Made by a program: the position numbers and the translations under genes. A stretch of DNA of 64,000 bases from positions 868,001-932,000 of the forward strand of contig JAWMAR010000213.1 in the NCBI GenBank assembly GCA_036785375.1. The letters are read 5' to 3'. Under the pieces are notes generated by a model. It was not told the origin of the DNA, searched no databases, and was given only the letters and a program-made list of their open reading frames with translations. How positions within the stretch are numbered: the first letter of the stretch is position 1; each line of letters starts with the position of its first letter. Of the stretch, positions 1 through 13,297 are shown piece by piece. The DNA comes from Leucoraja ocellata (taxonomy: Eukaryota).

Positions 1-144
1 TCAGACTGACGAGGTTGAAAACCAGCCATAAAACACAATGACTGGAGATGTGTGTTATCCAACTAAGGGCAGAAATCAGAATCATGTGTTCATCTTTATT
101 GACGTGACACCATAATAAATATATTACAGAAATGATAATTTAAT

Positions 145-450
145 GGGGTGGCACGGTGGGCAGCGGTAGAGTTGATGCATTGCAGCACCACAGACCCAGA
201 TTGGATCCTGACTGCGGGTGCTGCCTGTATAGTATCTGTACATTCTCCTTATGACCACATGGTTTTCTCTGGATATTCAAGTTTCTCCCACATCTAAAAG
301 AAGTGCAGGTTTGTAGGTTAATTGGCTTCTGTAAATTGTCCCTGGCATGTACGATACAACTGGTGTATGGTAGATTGCTGGTCTGTGTGGACGTGGTGGA
401 CTGAACGGCCTGTTTCCATATATATGTTTTACATATATATCTTAATTTCA
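145..450 (+). mobile_element. HE1-like tRNA-derived V-SINE
   Basis: tRNA-like head (GGTGGCACGGTGG..CAGCGGTAGAG, B-box-like ttggatcc), core ..ttctcccacatc..aaagaagtgcaggtttgtaggttaattggc, CR1-type tail ggcctgtttcc. Confidence 0.85.
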
Positions 451-1074
451 TTGAACCATATACGGTTGAATATGTGACATTATTTTCGCCTTGTTTCTAT
501 AGTCAAAGGGTAAGGTTGATTTATTTATTTTTGTAAAACAGTGATGGAAGTCCGACTCCTCTTGCCTTTTTTTAAATATTTTTGTTTCTCTATATTATAT
601 GCATAACAGCATGAATTATAATCTAATTTCCATACATGAATATACTAAGGTCATTCATGTGTTGCACCTGTTCATCAGAGCCTGGCTCTACTGTGGAATG
701 TAATTAGGAATGTAATTTAGCCTAACCTTATTCATACCTAATTCAATTTGAAGCATAAATGTTGCATTCAAGTGTAAGTTAAAAGACTCACTGCAGTATG
801 CACCAGATTGCACAATTACAAGCTGAAAAATGGAAAAGCTTCATTTTTTGGGAGGGGGGACACCCCCCTCCCACATCCTCTACCCCTCAGTCGCTACGCT
901 CCCTCACAATTTCTCACTCTCAACTCTCACCCACTGTTGGCAGCCTTGTGAACCTCCACTACATCCTATGCAACACAGGCATGTCTTTCCTATGATCTGG
1001 TTAACAGAAATGCACAGTCTTCCAACCTAACCAGACTTTTATCATGCTGCTCCAGGTACACTACTTCAAACTAC

Positions 1075-1361
1075 TTTTACTTTAGACTTTAGAGATACAA
1101 CGCGGAAACAGGCCCTTCGGCCCAACGAGTCCGCACCAACCAGTGATCACTAGGGGCAATTTACAATTTTACTGAAGCCAATTAACCTACAACCCTGCAC
1201 ATCTTTGTAGTGTGGGAGGAAACCCGAGCACCTGGAGAAAACCCATGTGGTCACAGGGAGAATGTGCAAATGCCATATAAACAGCTCACATAGTCAGGAT
1301 CGAACCTGGGTCTCTGGCGCTGTGGGGCAGCAACTCTACCCCTGCGCCACTGTGCCGCCCA
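1075..1361 (-). mobile_element. HE1-like SINE
   Basis: Reverse complement of the same family, with a (CTAAA)-like tail at the left end. Confidence 0.9.
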
Positions 1362-3069
1362 AACCAGGGCAATTTATTTTCATTTATTAGGTGGAATAAA
1401 AAAAATTATTTAGCACCCATGTCTCACTGACCACTGTGCTCTTTTCTTCATTTTAGGACTGAATGATGAGTTCAAATGACAATTGAGGATGATTGTACAG
1501 TGCTATGTCTTGTATACTATGCCCATTCACAGCTTTTTCAAATACCTGTTGAATTTTGACACCTGAATTGTTTTTTCCAAACCACATTGATTGGAAGAGG
1601 ATCAATGCTGTGAGGTGGTTTGTCCTGACTGAATAGTCCATAAACCAAGGATTCAGCTGACATGAGGTGAAACTGCAGATTTTAGAGGGTTGTAACTCTT
1701 TGGACTACTTCACTCTAGGGGACGCTGAATGCTCAGTCATTGACTGTTTAACAACTTGTAATTGATAGATATTTTAATACTAGTGATTGAGGGATATAGT
1801 ACAGTGTGTGCAAAATACTGACAAAATGATCACCAAGGAGCTTAAGAAACAAGCGTATGATCCATTTTCTGTTTATGTTGTACATCTCATTGTCTGCTTG
1901 CACTTAATCCTTGAATGAAAATAGAAGAATGTGTACTAAATAGTGCAATTCCATAAATTATTGCATATTCACTTTGCACGGAAATTCCAATAATTATCTT
2001 GTTATGCCGTCCATGCTTAGTAGCATACTGTAGTAAATGAATTTAATCAATAAAACAGGAAACTATGGGGCAATAATTGACTCATTAAATAAGAACAAGC
2101 AGGTCCAACAATAGAATCATTTTGAACCATGAAGATCGTGCTATTCATGCAAATGTTTTATGTTCACTGTAAGAATGTAAATTAAGAGAACTACTAAATA
2201 AAGGGCAATCGCTGTGCTTTTAAAATTCCCTGCTGGGGACCCCACGCAGCCAGAGCAAGTATCAAAACTTTGAATATATGTGGTGCACTATTTTCCAACT
2301 TGGTTGTAAAACTTGAGTGCAGCATGTGCTTGATTTTTCAACATTTATTCTCGGCTGGGGAGGGTTTCCCTGCCTGGAAGAGTCAAGAGTCACAACTTTG
2401 CAGGAAACGCTAACCACGGATTTGCTGCCTTCCCAACATTGTGATGTTTTTGTTGAGTAACATATAATTAATACTTGAATATTTGCACAGGCATTTGTTA
2501 TATGTAATTACAGCAATGTTTAATTATAAATCAAAAGCATATTTTGAATGTTTAATTGGCTTCTGATTTTTGTGACTGACCCATGTCACTTTCCTTTTCA
2601 TGTATTTGAGGTTGAAGAATTGGGAGCGAAAGCTGAGGCTAGGTTTGGGGATTTGTGTAATTATTAGAGTAAGTTCAATGATTATGATGTAGTGAATTTT
2701 GAATACGCATGGCAATGAATGATCAGAACATATTTGTTAATGTTACAGTAAACATGTTGTGTCAATGGCAGCCGAGGTTTGCAATTTTAATATAGAATGT
2801 ATCAAAAAGTATAAAGGCAGCTGCTGGCACATAAGAACATCGCCCTCCGTGGGCTCCCCTCAACAGGTCAGTCACCATCTATGGAGAACATGGAGAACAT
2901 TTTGGGTTTGGACCCTTCTGCCTACGGATTATAGTGGAGAGGGGGAGTGTAGGTGGAAGAGATGGGCCAAGACGCAGCCAAGGCAAATGATAGATGGATA
3001 TTGGGGGGGGTGGCAGATGGGTGGTCAAAGACCAGAGATGAATGGAGACAAAAGGCTGAGATAAGGCTC

Positions 3070-4045
3070 CTTTGTCATCTACATCAATGATTTGGATGAG
3101 AACAAACAGGGCAAGATTAGTATGTTTGCTGATGATACAAAAGTTAGTGGTTTTGCAGGTAGTGAAGATGGTTGTGAAAGATTGCAGTAGGATCTTGATC
3201 GATTGGCCAGGTGGGCTGTGGAATGGTTGATGAAATCTAATACAGAGAAATTGAGGTGTTGCATTTTGGGACGTCTAACAAGGGCAGGACCTATACAGTG
3301 AATGGTAGGCCTCTTGGGAGTGTTGTAGAGCAGAGGGATCTATGAGTGCAGGTGCATGGTTCCTTGAAAGTCAAGTTGCAGATAGCTCAGGTGGTTAACA
3401 AGGCTTTTGACACATTGGCCTTCATCAGTCAGAGTATTGAGTGTAGAAGTTGGGAGGTCATGTTGCAGTTGTATAAGACGTTGGTGAGACCACATTTAGA
3501 CTATTGTGTTCAGTTCTGGGAGCCATGTTATAAGAAAGATATTGTCAAGCTTGGAAGGATTCAGAGAAGATTTACGAGGATGTTTCCAGGACTCGAGGGT
3601 CGGAGCTATAGGTAGAGGTTGAGTCGGCTGGGTTTCTATTCCTTGGAGCACAAGAGGATGAGGAGTGTTCATAGAGAGATTATAAGATCATGAGAGGAAT
3701 AGATTGGGTAGATGCACAGAATCTCTTGCCCAGAGTAGGGGAATTGAGGACAGAGGACAGACAGTAGGTTCAAGGTGAAGGGGAAAAGATTTAATAGGAA
3801 TCTGAGGGGTAACCTTTTCACACAAAGGGTGGTGAGTGTATGGAATAAGCTGCCAGAGGAGCTAGTTGAGGCTGGGACTATCCCAATGTTTAAGAAACAG
3901 TTAGATAGGTACATGGATAGGCAAAGTTTGGAGGGATATGGACCAAATGCAGGCAGGTGAGACTAGTGTAGCTGGAACATTTTTGGCCAGTGTGGGCATG
4001 TTGGGCCGAAGGGCTTGTTTCCACACTATCAATTTATGACTCTTA
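3070..4045 (+). mobile_element. CR1 LINE 3' fragment (RT C-terminus and 3' UTR)
   Basis: FADDTK motif at about 3124; ORFs LYKTLVRPHLDYCVQFW and FTQRVVSVWNKLPEE; 3' tail gggccgaagggcttgtttcc. Confidence 0.9.
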
Positions 4046-4684
4046 GAGGAGAAGATATATGAATTATGAGACCAGAGGAAGGGATGTAGGGGGTAGGAGA
4101 TGTAGGTAAGGAGAAAGTGTGGGGTGGGGAAGGGAGTCATGATCGGGGGTGAAATGAATTAATATATCTAGGTGGGGCACAGGTAAGAAGAAGGAGAGGC
4201 CAGGGTTTTGGTTAGATATCTGAAATTGGAGAATTTAATGTTTATGCCAGTGCATTGTAAATATTGCTATTCCTTTGTTCCTGGGTTTGAATCTTTCATC
4301 ACTGTCCAACGACCTGATGGAACAACCTTCCCCGGCAGCTCTGCAATGGCTCACCACCACCACCTTGTTGTGTGGAGCAAGGGATGGGAATAAATGATTC
4401 CACTGATGCTGAAGAAGCGCAAAATAATCCTGAATAATAATATGAGTGCATTTTAGGGCAGCCTGCAATCTGCCTGTGAAAATAGCTGAAACCGCATGAA
4501 GCAGTAAGCAACAAACTGTGAGATGTGGCAGAGATCAGTGGCAGCAACCTGAGGTCAGGAAGCTGAAAGCCGCCATGAACTTGACCTCAGCAGGTGAAGC
4601 AGTCTGAGCATGAGTTTGTGCCACAGATGTCAAAAATGACAAAAGAAGCAGTTTGAATATTAGCCCTTTAAGTAGTGTGAATTC

Positions 4685-4985
4685 AGGAGAGGTTGTTTCC
4701 ACTGGAGGGAGAATCTAGGACCAAACGTCATAGCCTCAGAATTAAAGGACGTTCCTTTAGGGAGGAGATGAGGAGGAATTTCTTCAGAGGGTGGCACATT
4801 TGTGGAATTAATTGCCACAGAAGGCCAAATCAGTAGATATTTTGAAGGCAGAGATAGATAGAAGCTTGATTAGTACAGGTGTCAGAGGTTATGGGGAGAA
4901 AACAGGAGAAGGGAGTTAAGAGGAAAATATAGATCAGCCAGACTTGATGGGCCGAATGGCCTAATTCTGCCCCTGACACATGAAC
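4685..4985 (+). mobile_element. CR1 LINE 3' end
   Basis: ggttatggggagaaaacaggagaa..gggccgaatggcctaattctgc tail, shared with other CR1 copies in the window. Confidence 0.75.
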
Positions 4986-5625
4986 AATTCAACCTCCTGC
5001 AACTTGTTTTATATTTAAAATCAGTATCGTTGCATTTCATAGCAAAGAGGTTGAAACTTGTGGTGAAAATGAATTTTGGGCATTGCACCACTTAGAGTCA
5101 AAGCATGGAAACACGCCATTCAGCCCAATTTGGTCACATCTACACCAGTCCCACTTCCCTGAGTTTGGTCCATTTTCCTCTAAACCTGTTCTATTCAAGT
5201 AAAGATATTAAAGATAATCATAAACTGGATGCTATTTTTGTCTTTGTTTTCATCAGCATTAATGAAATTTTGCAGCTCTTTGATTCAAGGAAAACTTATT
5301 TCTTTGTGACCCGTATGTTCTAATTAGTTTCTCGAAAAAGCAGCTTACCAATTTATTTGTTCTAAATTCAGCTTTCACAATACTCGTGAGATGCATATGA
5401 CCTAGAACATGAGGCTGCATTTAAATGAACCAGTCACAAATGTGGAGTTTAATGGTAGATTCCAGAAAGGTTTATTTCCTCATGGCTGTGGGTGCAGAGT
5501 GAACTTAGTGATAATGGTACCGAGTGAACTCAGTGATCACTTTATTTTGTCTTGTGCAACTCTTGTATGTTCAATGGGCATTCCTTTACGCAATTCGAAC
5601 ATGGAGCAGTACAGCACAGGATTAG

Positions 5626-5990
5626 GTCCTTTGCCCCACAATATTCATGCTAGGCATGATGACAAGGTATACTAATATCCTCTGCCTGCACGTGATCCAT
5701 ATCCTTTAAATCCCTATATATATGTGACTTTCTTAAAAACCCCATAAAACCCTGTTGAATGGTGGGTCTAGACCAGGTTGCAAATATTTCTGTGGCTCCA
5801 TCTTGTCCTTTTAGCGCCCACAATATACATGCCGAACACAATGACAAGTTAAACTAATGTTCTTTACCTGCACGTTATCCAAATCCCTCAATTCCCTGCA
5901 TATCCATGTGCCTTTCTAAAAACACCACAAAACCCTCTTCTTGTGGGTGGGTCTTGAACAGGTTGCAAATATTTCCACAGCTCCATCTTG
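5626..5990. repeat. Old imperfect tandem duplication (2 x about 180 bp)
   Basis: Both units run gtccttt..cccacaatat..atgacaag..cctgcacgt.atcca..ggtgggtct..caggttgcaaatatttc..gctccatcttg. Confidence 0.8.
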
Positions 5991-6644
5991 AAAGAGAGTG
6001 GACCCAGGTAAGTTATCCTAGATATCCTAGTTATCCTGACAGTCACTGATAAAAGAATTGTTGCTCCAATCTGAGGTTGTTGTTGCAGGTTTAAAATGTT
6101 TAAGTGAGATTACCCAGATTGATGCCCAATATCTTACTGAGGTTCAGATAATCCCTCAGTGCCCTCACTGAAAATGGCCTCCTCCTGAATGCCCAGATTC
6201 CCTTCTCCCTTTTAACTTGCCTGCTTTTTTGTGTCCATTCTCATGTCATGCCATGTTGTATTCTGGGGGAATTGCGTACAATTGCAGCCATGTCTGTGAG
6301 AAATGTTATGCACAAAACACTTATTGAATCATATCAGTCAGCAGTTTATTTTCACACCTCCAACTCTTCACCTCTCCCACACTCTACTTTTGGTCTGAAG
6401 AAGGTTCCCCACACGAAAAGTCACCCATCCTTTTTCTCCAGAGATGCCTCCCCACCCACTGATTTACTCCAGCACTTTGTGTCTATCAGCAGTTTATAAT
6501 CCCTGTAAATGGTGCAATTGGATGGATGGGGGTGGGAGGTGAATTGCTTTTATAAGGTCATAAGGAATACGAGTAGAATTAGGCCATTCAGCCCATCAAA
6601 TTTATTCCACCATTCAATGATGGCTGATCTATCTCTCCCTCCTC

Positions 6645-6873
6645 CACCACTATCCTACAGACACACAGAATAATTTACAATTTTACCAAAGCCAATTAGC
6701 CTACAAACCTGTAAATCTTTAGAGTGTGGGAGGAAACCGGAGCACCTGTAGAAATCCCACGCGTTCACAGAGGGAACATACAAACTCCATACAGACAGCA
6801 CCCATAGTCAGGATTGAACCGGGTCTCTGGCACTGTAAGGCAGCAACTCTACATCTGTGTCACCATGCTGCCC
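6645..6873 (-). mobile_element. HE1-like SINE
   Basis: gtgtgggaggaaaccggagcac..cagacagcacccatagtcaggattgaaccggg..gcagcaactctac. Confidence 0.85.
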
Positions 6874-7134
6874 ATTTAATGATCAGTTTGTGGAATTTAC
6901 TTAACACAAAGTGTGAGTTGAAGATAGGTACATAATTTGCACCTGAACACACAAGTCCTTGCTATCAGTGGGAAGTTTGATATTATCATCTGAATATGCA
7001 CACCAAAGATTTACTCGAAGTGTGCAGCTTGGCAAATTATTTTTGGTCGTAGTCTTTAACTTACTCAAGATGCTTTGCATCATGGTATACTTTATAAAAT
7101 GTTAAATAGGCTTTATTAAGATTTCTTTTTTTCA

Positions 7135-7905
7135 GTGTCACCAAAGTGTGGAGTCATGCATTTTGGTAGTCGGAATAAAGGCGCAGACTATTTTCTAAAT
7201 GGGGAGAGAATCCAGAAATCGGAGGTGCATAGGGACTTGGGAGTGCTGGTGCAGGATTGCCTAAATGTTAATTTGCAAGTCGAATTTGTAGTAAGGAAGG
7301 CAAACACATTGCCAGCAATTATTTCAAGAAGGCTAGAATATAAAAAGAGGAATGTAATGCTGAGGCTCTATAATGCGCTGGTCGGGCTGCATTTGGAACA
7401 TTGTGAGCAATTTTGGGCACCATATCTGAGGAAGGATGTGCTGGCTCTGGAGAAGGTCCAGTGGATGTTTACAAGAATTATCCCAGGAATGAGTGGGTTA
7501 ACATACGATGAGCATTTGACGGCATTGGGCCTGTACTCACTGGAGTTTAAAAGAATGAGGGGGGATTTCATTGAAACTTACCGAATAGTGAAAGACTTGG
7601 ATAGAATGGATGTGGAGAGGATGTTTCCACTGGTGGGAGTGTCTGGGACTAGAGGTCATAGCCTCAGCATTAAAGGATGAGAAGGAATTTATTTCGTCAG
7701 AGGGTGGTAAACCAGTGAAATTCATTGCCACAGGCTGTGGAGGCCGTCAATGGATATTTTCAAGGCAGAGATATATATATATTCATGATTAGTACGGGCG
7801 CCAGGGTATGGGGAGGAGGCAGGAGAATGGGGTTAGGAGGGAGAGATAGATCAGCCATGATAGAATAAGCCATGATAGGGCTTAATTATGCTACTATCAC
7901 TTATG
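7135..7905 (+). mobile_element. CR1 LINE 3' fragment
   Basis: 181-aa ORF KCGVMHFGSRN..RDLGVLV..LYNALVGLHLEHCEQFWAPY..RGHSL, typical of the CR1 ORF2 C-terminus, followed by a CR1 3' UTR. Confidence 0.9.
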
Positions 7906-8767
7906 ACCTTGCATATATGTGTAGAAACTACACACAAAATTACAAAATACCCAAAACTGCAAATGCTGGTTAATGTATATTTTGTTAAATGGCATTTTTG
8001 CTCCATCTTGATAAACCTTGCTTTTGTCATTTGGATAAGTGCTTGTGGAAGAAAGTGCAGGTTTCTCTAAATTTTTAAACCAGTCACAGTGGGTAAAGAA
8101 GGAAAATATGCTTTTTTGAGATGTATTATTTTTACAAAATCATGTTTACTTATTAAATAGTCTTGAAAAATGTAATGTATTGATTTTACATTATTTAAGA
8201 TGGTGAGATAAGTTAGAGGCATTATTTCCGATCGTTGTCGAGTTCAGTGTTTGCAACCTAATCAATGGGTTACTGTCTCTGTGGGTCTTTGTAATAAATG
8301 AGGCCTTTTTTTCCCTAGAAACTGAACAACACTTTAATTGACTAAGACAGACTTCCATTCAGGCATGGATACTCATCTGGTCAATTGATCCATTTAAATA
8401 GTTTATGACCGCATAAACGCCAGAAGCTGTATATAGGAAGGGACTCCATTTGCACTGATGCTACTTTACAGAACAAGAACCCTTAAACTATATGAAACAG
8501 TATGAATTGAATCAAGCATAAATGTAGATAAGGTTTCCCTGCACTGAAGGCTCCTTCTGCTAAATAATCTTTATGAACTACATAAGTAAATCAGATGAGC
8601 TTATCTAAATAGTGAGGCTGCAGAGTCCTGAAATGCAGAAAGATCTGTGTGTTTCAGTGTATGACTCTCAAAAGGTGGAGCAAGTAATTGGGAAAGCTAA
8701 AAGAACCATGTTTATTGCTTGGAGAAATTAAATACAAAAGTAAGGAGATTATAACGTCATATATGTC

Positions 8768-9065
8768 AGCACAATGACGTAACTGGTAAAGTTGCTTCCT
8801 CACAACACCAGATATCTGGTTCAGTCCAAACTTCGACTGCTGCCTGAGCAGAGTCTGCACGTTTTCACTGTGACTGCATGGGTTTCCAGGTGCTTTAGTT
8901 TCCTCCCACGCTCCAAAGACGTGGGTTTGTAGGTTAATTGACAGCTGTAATTCGCCCCATAGTGTGTAGGGAGTAGTTGTGGAAGTGGGATAACATAGAC
9001 CAAGGGTGATCGATGGTCGGTGTAGACTCCATGGGCCTGTTTCCACGCTGTATCTTTCAATCAAC
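8768..9065 (+). mobile_element. HE1-like SINE (diverged), inserted in an older CR1 remnant spanning about 8665-9630
   Basis: tttcctcccacgctccaaagacgtgggtttgtaggttaattg and gggcctgtttccacgctgtatc; flanks resemble decayed CR1 ORF2. Confidence 0.75.
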
Positions 9066-11431
9066 AACTATTCCTATTGTATAAGGCAGTAATGAGACCA
9101 CACTTAGATTTCTGAATGCACTATAGATTTCTTATTTAAGAAGGGATATTAATGTGTTGAAAGCAGTCTAGAGAAAAGTTTATTAAACCAATTTCTGGAA
9201 TGGGTTGGTTGTCTCATGATGAAAGATTGAACAATCTAGGTTTGTAAATGCTGCAGTTTAGAAGACTTAGGTCGCTTGATGGAAATGTACAAAATCCTGC
9301 ATCATTGTTAACAGTATTGAATCAGAGAGGATGTTTTCTCTTGTGATAGTATCTGAAACGAGAGGTCACGGTTTAAAAATAAGAGTTACCTGTTTCATTC
9401 TGTTGAAGTTTTTTTTTACTCGGAGGTTCATCAGTCGTTGGAACACATTACTTAAAACACATTGGAAATAGTGTCCCTTGAATATCTTTAAGGCAGAGAA
9501 ACACAGATAGATAAGAAAGGGCATGTTTCTGGTAGAAAGCAATGTGCAGTTGAGATTGCCATCATATCACCCACCATATTTTTAATGGGTGTGTACAGGC
9601 TTGAGGGTCTGAATGGTCTACTCTGCTCCTATATTATGCAAATATTGCATTGACATTTGAAATTTTGTTTTCATTCCAAAGAAAATAATGAATGCTTGTG
9701 ATACCTATGCTATTTCCATAATTATCACATAATTAGAAATGGGAAATATTGAACTATGGAAAATAAAATATTCTGCAGGTGCATGTAAAAATAAAACTAA
9801 AGGATTTTTATGATATTCATTATCTCTCCCATCAATAGATATTTATGGTGGAGATCCTTTTACCATTGCATTACAAACCAGCAATGCAAGTCAAGCAGCA
9901 GACATTGAGTTTGAAAGACTTGGACCACATTCAAAGACATTCTGAGAATAGATCAAATAAATACTTTGTTGCGAAGATCCTGTCTTCTATGTATATTTGT
10001 CGCAGAGTAACATAAAGCTCATCAAACATAAGGAGAATGATTACATTGACAGCTTCTTGGACCACAAGGACAAGAGTTGGCTTCTCACCCGTGCCTGTCT
10101 GAGCAACAAAGTGTTTTATCACTCTGTAATTACCCTTCAAAGTAAAGTCGTCTTTATTTAGTTTTTTGTCAGAACTTCATTAAATTTATGACAGTGCTAC
10201 GTTGAATGAAGAACTTGTTTCAGTCAGAGACTGCCAGGAATCTCCATGCTACGAACTGAGTGGTGTTGCACTAAATAACAATCTGGACATGATAAAAAAA
10301 TTCCAGTAGAAGTCCCCAATGCTTTTATATCATGCATTTCAGTAGAGGTTGATGAGTTCGTTTGTTGTCTTTCCGAGCTGCACGAAACACCTGGACTGTC
10401 GAGTAGTCTGAAAGTTGCGATGAATGCAAAATAGTTATTACTACTAGTTCTGGTCGCTGTACTACAGGAAGGATGTGATTAGGCAGTAAAGAGTCATATG
10501 CAAGTTGCATATGGAGGGCTTGTGTTACGAAGACAGACTGGATAAGCTGAGAGTGTTTTCCCTGATACGGAGGCTGGAGAAGGATGACTTTTTGCAGGTG
10601 TATAAAATCTTGTGGGATGCAGATAAGATGGATGGTCAGTCTTTTTCCCAGGGTAGGAGAGTGCAAAACTAGAGGGTGTAGGTTTAAGGGGATCTGAGGA
10701 GTCATTTGTTTTGTATACGGAGGATGGTGAGTATATGGAATGAACTGCCAAAGGAAGGTACAATTGTGTTTAAAAGACATTTGGACAGGTTCATAGATAG
10801 GAAATGTGTATGTTAGATCAATCTCTTATACATTAAAACCCCCTTTTGAAGTATTGGAAAAAAAGATAGGACAGCAAGATTTATAAATGTGTCCAGTTTT
10901 TTGGTAAATGAAAATGAATGGAGATTTGTACAGTATGGCACATAGCTGTCGGGTTATGCTTGTAATAAGGCTCGTACGACGACGTAAACAGAGTATACCT
11001 TTATTTAGCCTCTCTGTAATGTCAGCAGCAATAGCAACAGCAGCCTCGTGTTCAAGCCCAGGCAACTCCCTAACTGCCCACACCCTGGGTTCCAGTCACA
11101 TCCGGTTACTGGAGCCTGGCTTCTGGCACACAGGGTCCTAGTGCCCCTCTGCTCAGCCTTACTCTATTATTGCATAATACCACATCTCCCTTTCTTTGAG
11201 AACAAATGGTGGACTACCTTTGTCTCTGCAGGTCTTAAGGGGTTTATTCTGCCCTTTTGCTGGAAGACCTGTCCCTGATCTAAGCATGCAAAATAGAAAT
11301 ACAATAACTTACACGTTACCATACTGTGAACTATTCTTTCAGGTTTCAGGTAAATGTAACAGGTTTACAGAACAATTTCACATCACATTGCACTCTCTCT
11401 TTCTCTTTATTGTAGAAAACAGATCAATAAA

Positions 11432-13297
11432 TCACAAATCAAGTCTCTTCGGCTTTCTAACCTCTCTCCCACACCTGGTCCGCACAATCTCTGTGGTGGG
11501 GCCCTCTCCGCTGGGTGATACTGTCACTGGTGGAGCTGGCTCTTCTCCCACCGGTGGCTCATCCGCGTCGACTACCTCACTGTTGGTCTGCAGCGGCACC
11601 AAGTGCTGCCGGTTCCTCCTCAGTGTGCCCTGAGGCACCTGGACGATATAAGAGCGAGGGGTATTGTGTGTAGATAGCACTTTGCCCTGGACTCGTGCAT
11701 CGGAACACCCTGCCGCTGCACATCAGACAGGCCCCCTCACTGTCCATCTTCAAATCCAGTGTTAAAACGCATTTGTACTCCCTGGCTTTTGACCATGCCT
11801 GAGGCTTTGCTTCTGTTTGTGGTGTTTTTGATGTTTCTTTATTTTACATGTCTTTTCCTACTATTTCTTTTGATTGCTATTTTTGGTGTGTATTAACTTT
11901 TTTGTCAATGATTAGTGATGTACAGCACTTTGTTGCAGCTATGTTTGTTTTTAAAGTGCTCTATAAATAAAATTATTATTATTATTATTATTATCGGTGA
12001 TCCACACATCCTCCCCAGGTATTAGTGGCTCCAGATTTCTCGCTCCGTGCCTCTTGTCAAAGGATCTTGCGTCGTTCCACCTCTTCTCCCTTTCCTTGGC
12101 CCCCAGCGCGTTGTAGTCAGGCAAAACTGGATTCAGCAGGGTTGGAAGGGCAGGAACTGTAGTGCGTAGGCGGCGCCCCATCAACAGCTCGGCTGGGCTA
12201 TAGCCGTTCCGTAGAGGGGTTGCTCTGTAGGCCAGCAATGCAAGATATGGGTCTGACGCCTTTGTTAGCAAGTTTTTCACGGTTTGTACAGCGCGTTCCG
12301 CCTCCCCATTGCTCTGAGGAAACCTGGGGCTGCTCGTGATGTGCATAAAGCCATACTCTGCTGCAAAGGATTTAAAGTGGCTACCTGAGAACTGGGGCCC
12401 ATTGTCACTTTTAAGAAATTCACAAATTCCATGACGAGCAAATATGGATTTCAGGTGCACCACCACATCTGTGGACCTTGTGGGTGATAGTAGCGCAACT
12501 TCCACATCTCTTGAGAAATAATCTACGACTAATAGATAAGTCTTGTTTTTCAGCGTGAATAGGTCAGCTCCCAAGGTTTGCCAAGGCCTGTCTGGCATCT
12601 CCGTTGGCATCAGCGGCTCTTTGACGTTCCTTCGCTCTTGGATGCAGGTTCTACATTTCAGCACCATGTCATTCAGCTGGCTGCTGAGTCCTGGCCACCA
12701 TACCGTCTGTTTGGCCCGGCCCCTGCACTTTGTCACCCCCAGGTGTCCTTCGTGTAGTCTCTGCAGCACATCACTTTGTAAGGCTGATGGGATGACGAGC
12801 CTCGTGCCCCGCAGCAGCAGCCCATCGTGCACAGTCAGCACTGCTCTATCAGCCCAGTAATGTTTCAGCACTCTCTGCAGTTGGCTTTTGTCGGGCCAGC
12901 CGTCTGTGCAGTACTCCATCAGTGCAGAGCATGTGCTGTCTGCCTGCAGGTGCTCACGTAGGCTGCTCAGATAATCTCCACTGACAGGAATGTTGCTGAT
13001 GACAGAGTCTACATAGATGTTGGTGTCCTCTGATTCCAGGGTGATGTCGTCAACCCTGCACACAAGCTGAAGCCTTTCTATGGCAGGTCTTCCCAACAGT
13101 GCAGTGTGCAGGTCTTTTACTACATAAATGTCTTCTATGGCTGTCTTGTTGCCTCTGCGCAGTGTTTCTCTGGCTACGCCCAGGACAGAGAGTGCATTGC
13201 CCCCTGGCCCAAACAATGGGCGTGTCGACACTGCCAGGCTCTTCACATCATGCCCCCCTGTAATGTCATGGTACACCTCCGCTGGCATGGCGGTCAC
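11432..13297 (-). pseudogene. Gypsy pol remnant: protease C-half joined directly to integrase
   Basis: ALLGRPAIE (protease), LHEGHLG..CRTC (H2C2), VDYFS..SDNGPQF..SNGEAERAVQ (DDE core), C-terminus RRNRQHL..RKPKRL. No YxDD RT or RNase H motifs. Confidence 0.9.
11704..11992 (+). mobile_element. L2-type LINE 3' fragment nested in the Gypsy integrase
   Basis: Encodes NTLPLHIRQAPSLSIFKSSVKTHLYSLAF*; tail gtacagcactttg..aaagtgctctataaataaa(TTA)n; TSD ATCGG at 11699-11703 and 11993-11997. Confidence 0.85.

Noticed and set aside
145-230. tRNA-like sequence here and at other SINE heads
   Set aside because: Each continues into the SINE core and CR1-type tail, so these are SINE heads and not tRNA genes.
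9850-10946. Possible very old Gypsy pol remnant flanking the young element (LQT..ASQ-like and AHSH-like traces)
   Set aside because: Too decayed to support without a translated profile search.
11196-11633. 145-aa plus-strand ORF as an env or accessory gene
   Set aside because: It is the antisense of the integrase tail and 3' UTR, starts at a non-ATG codon and shows no recognisable motif.
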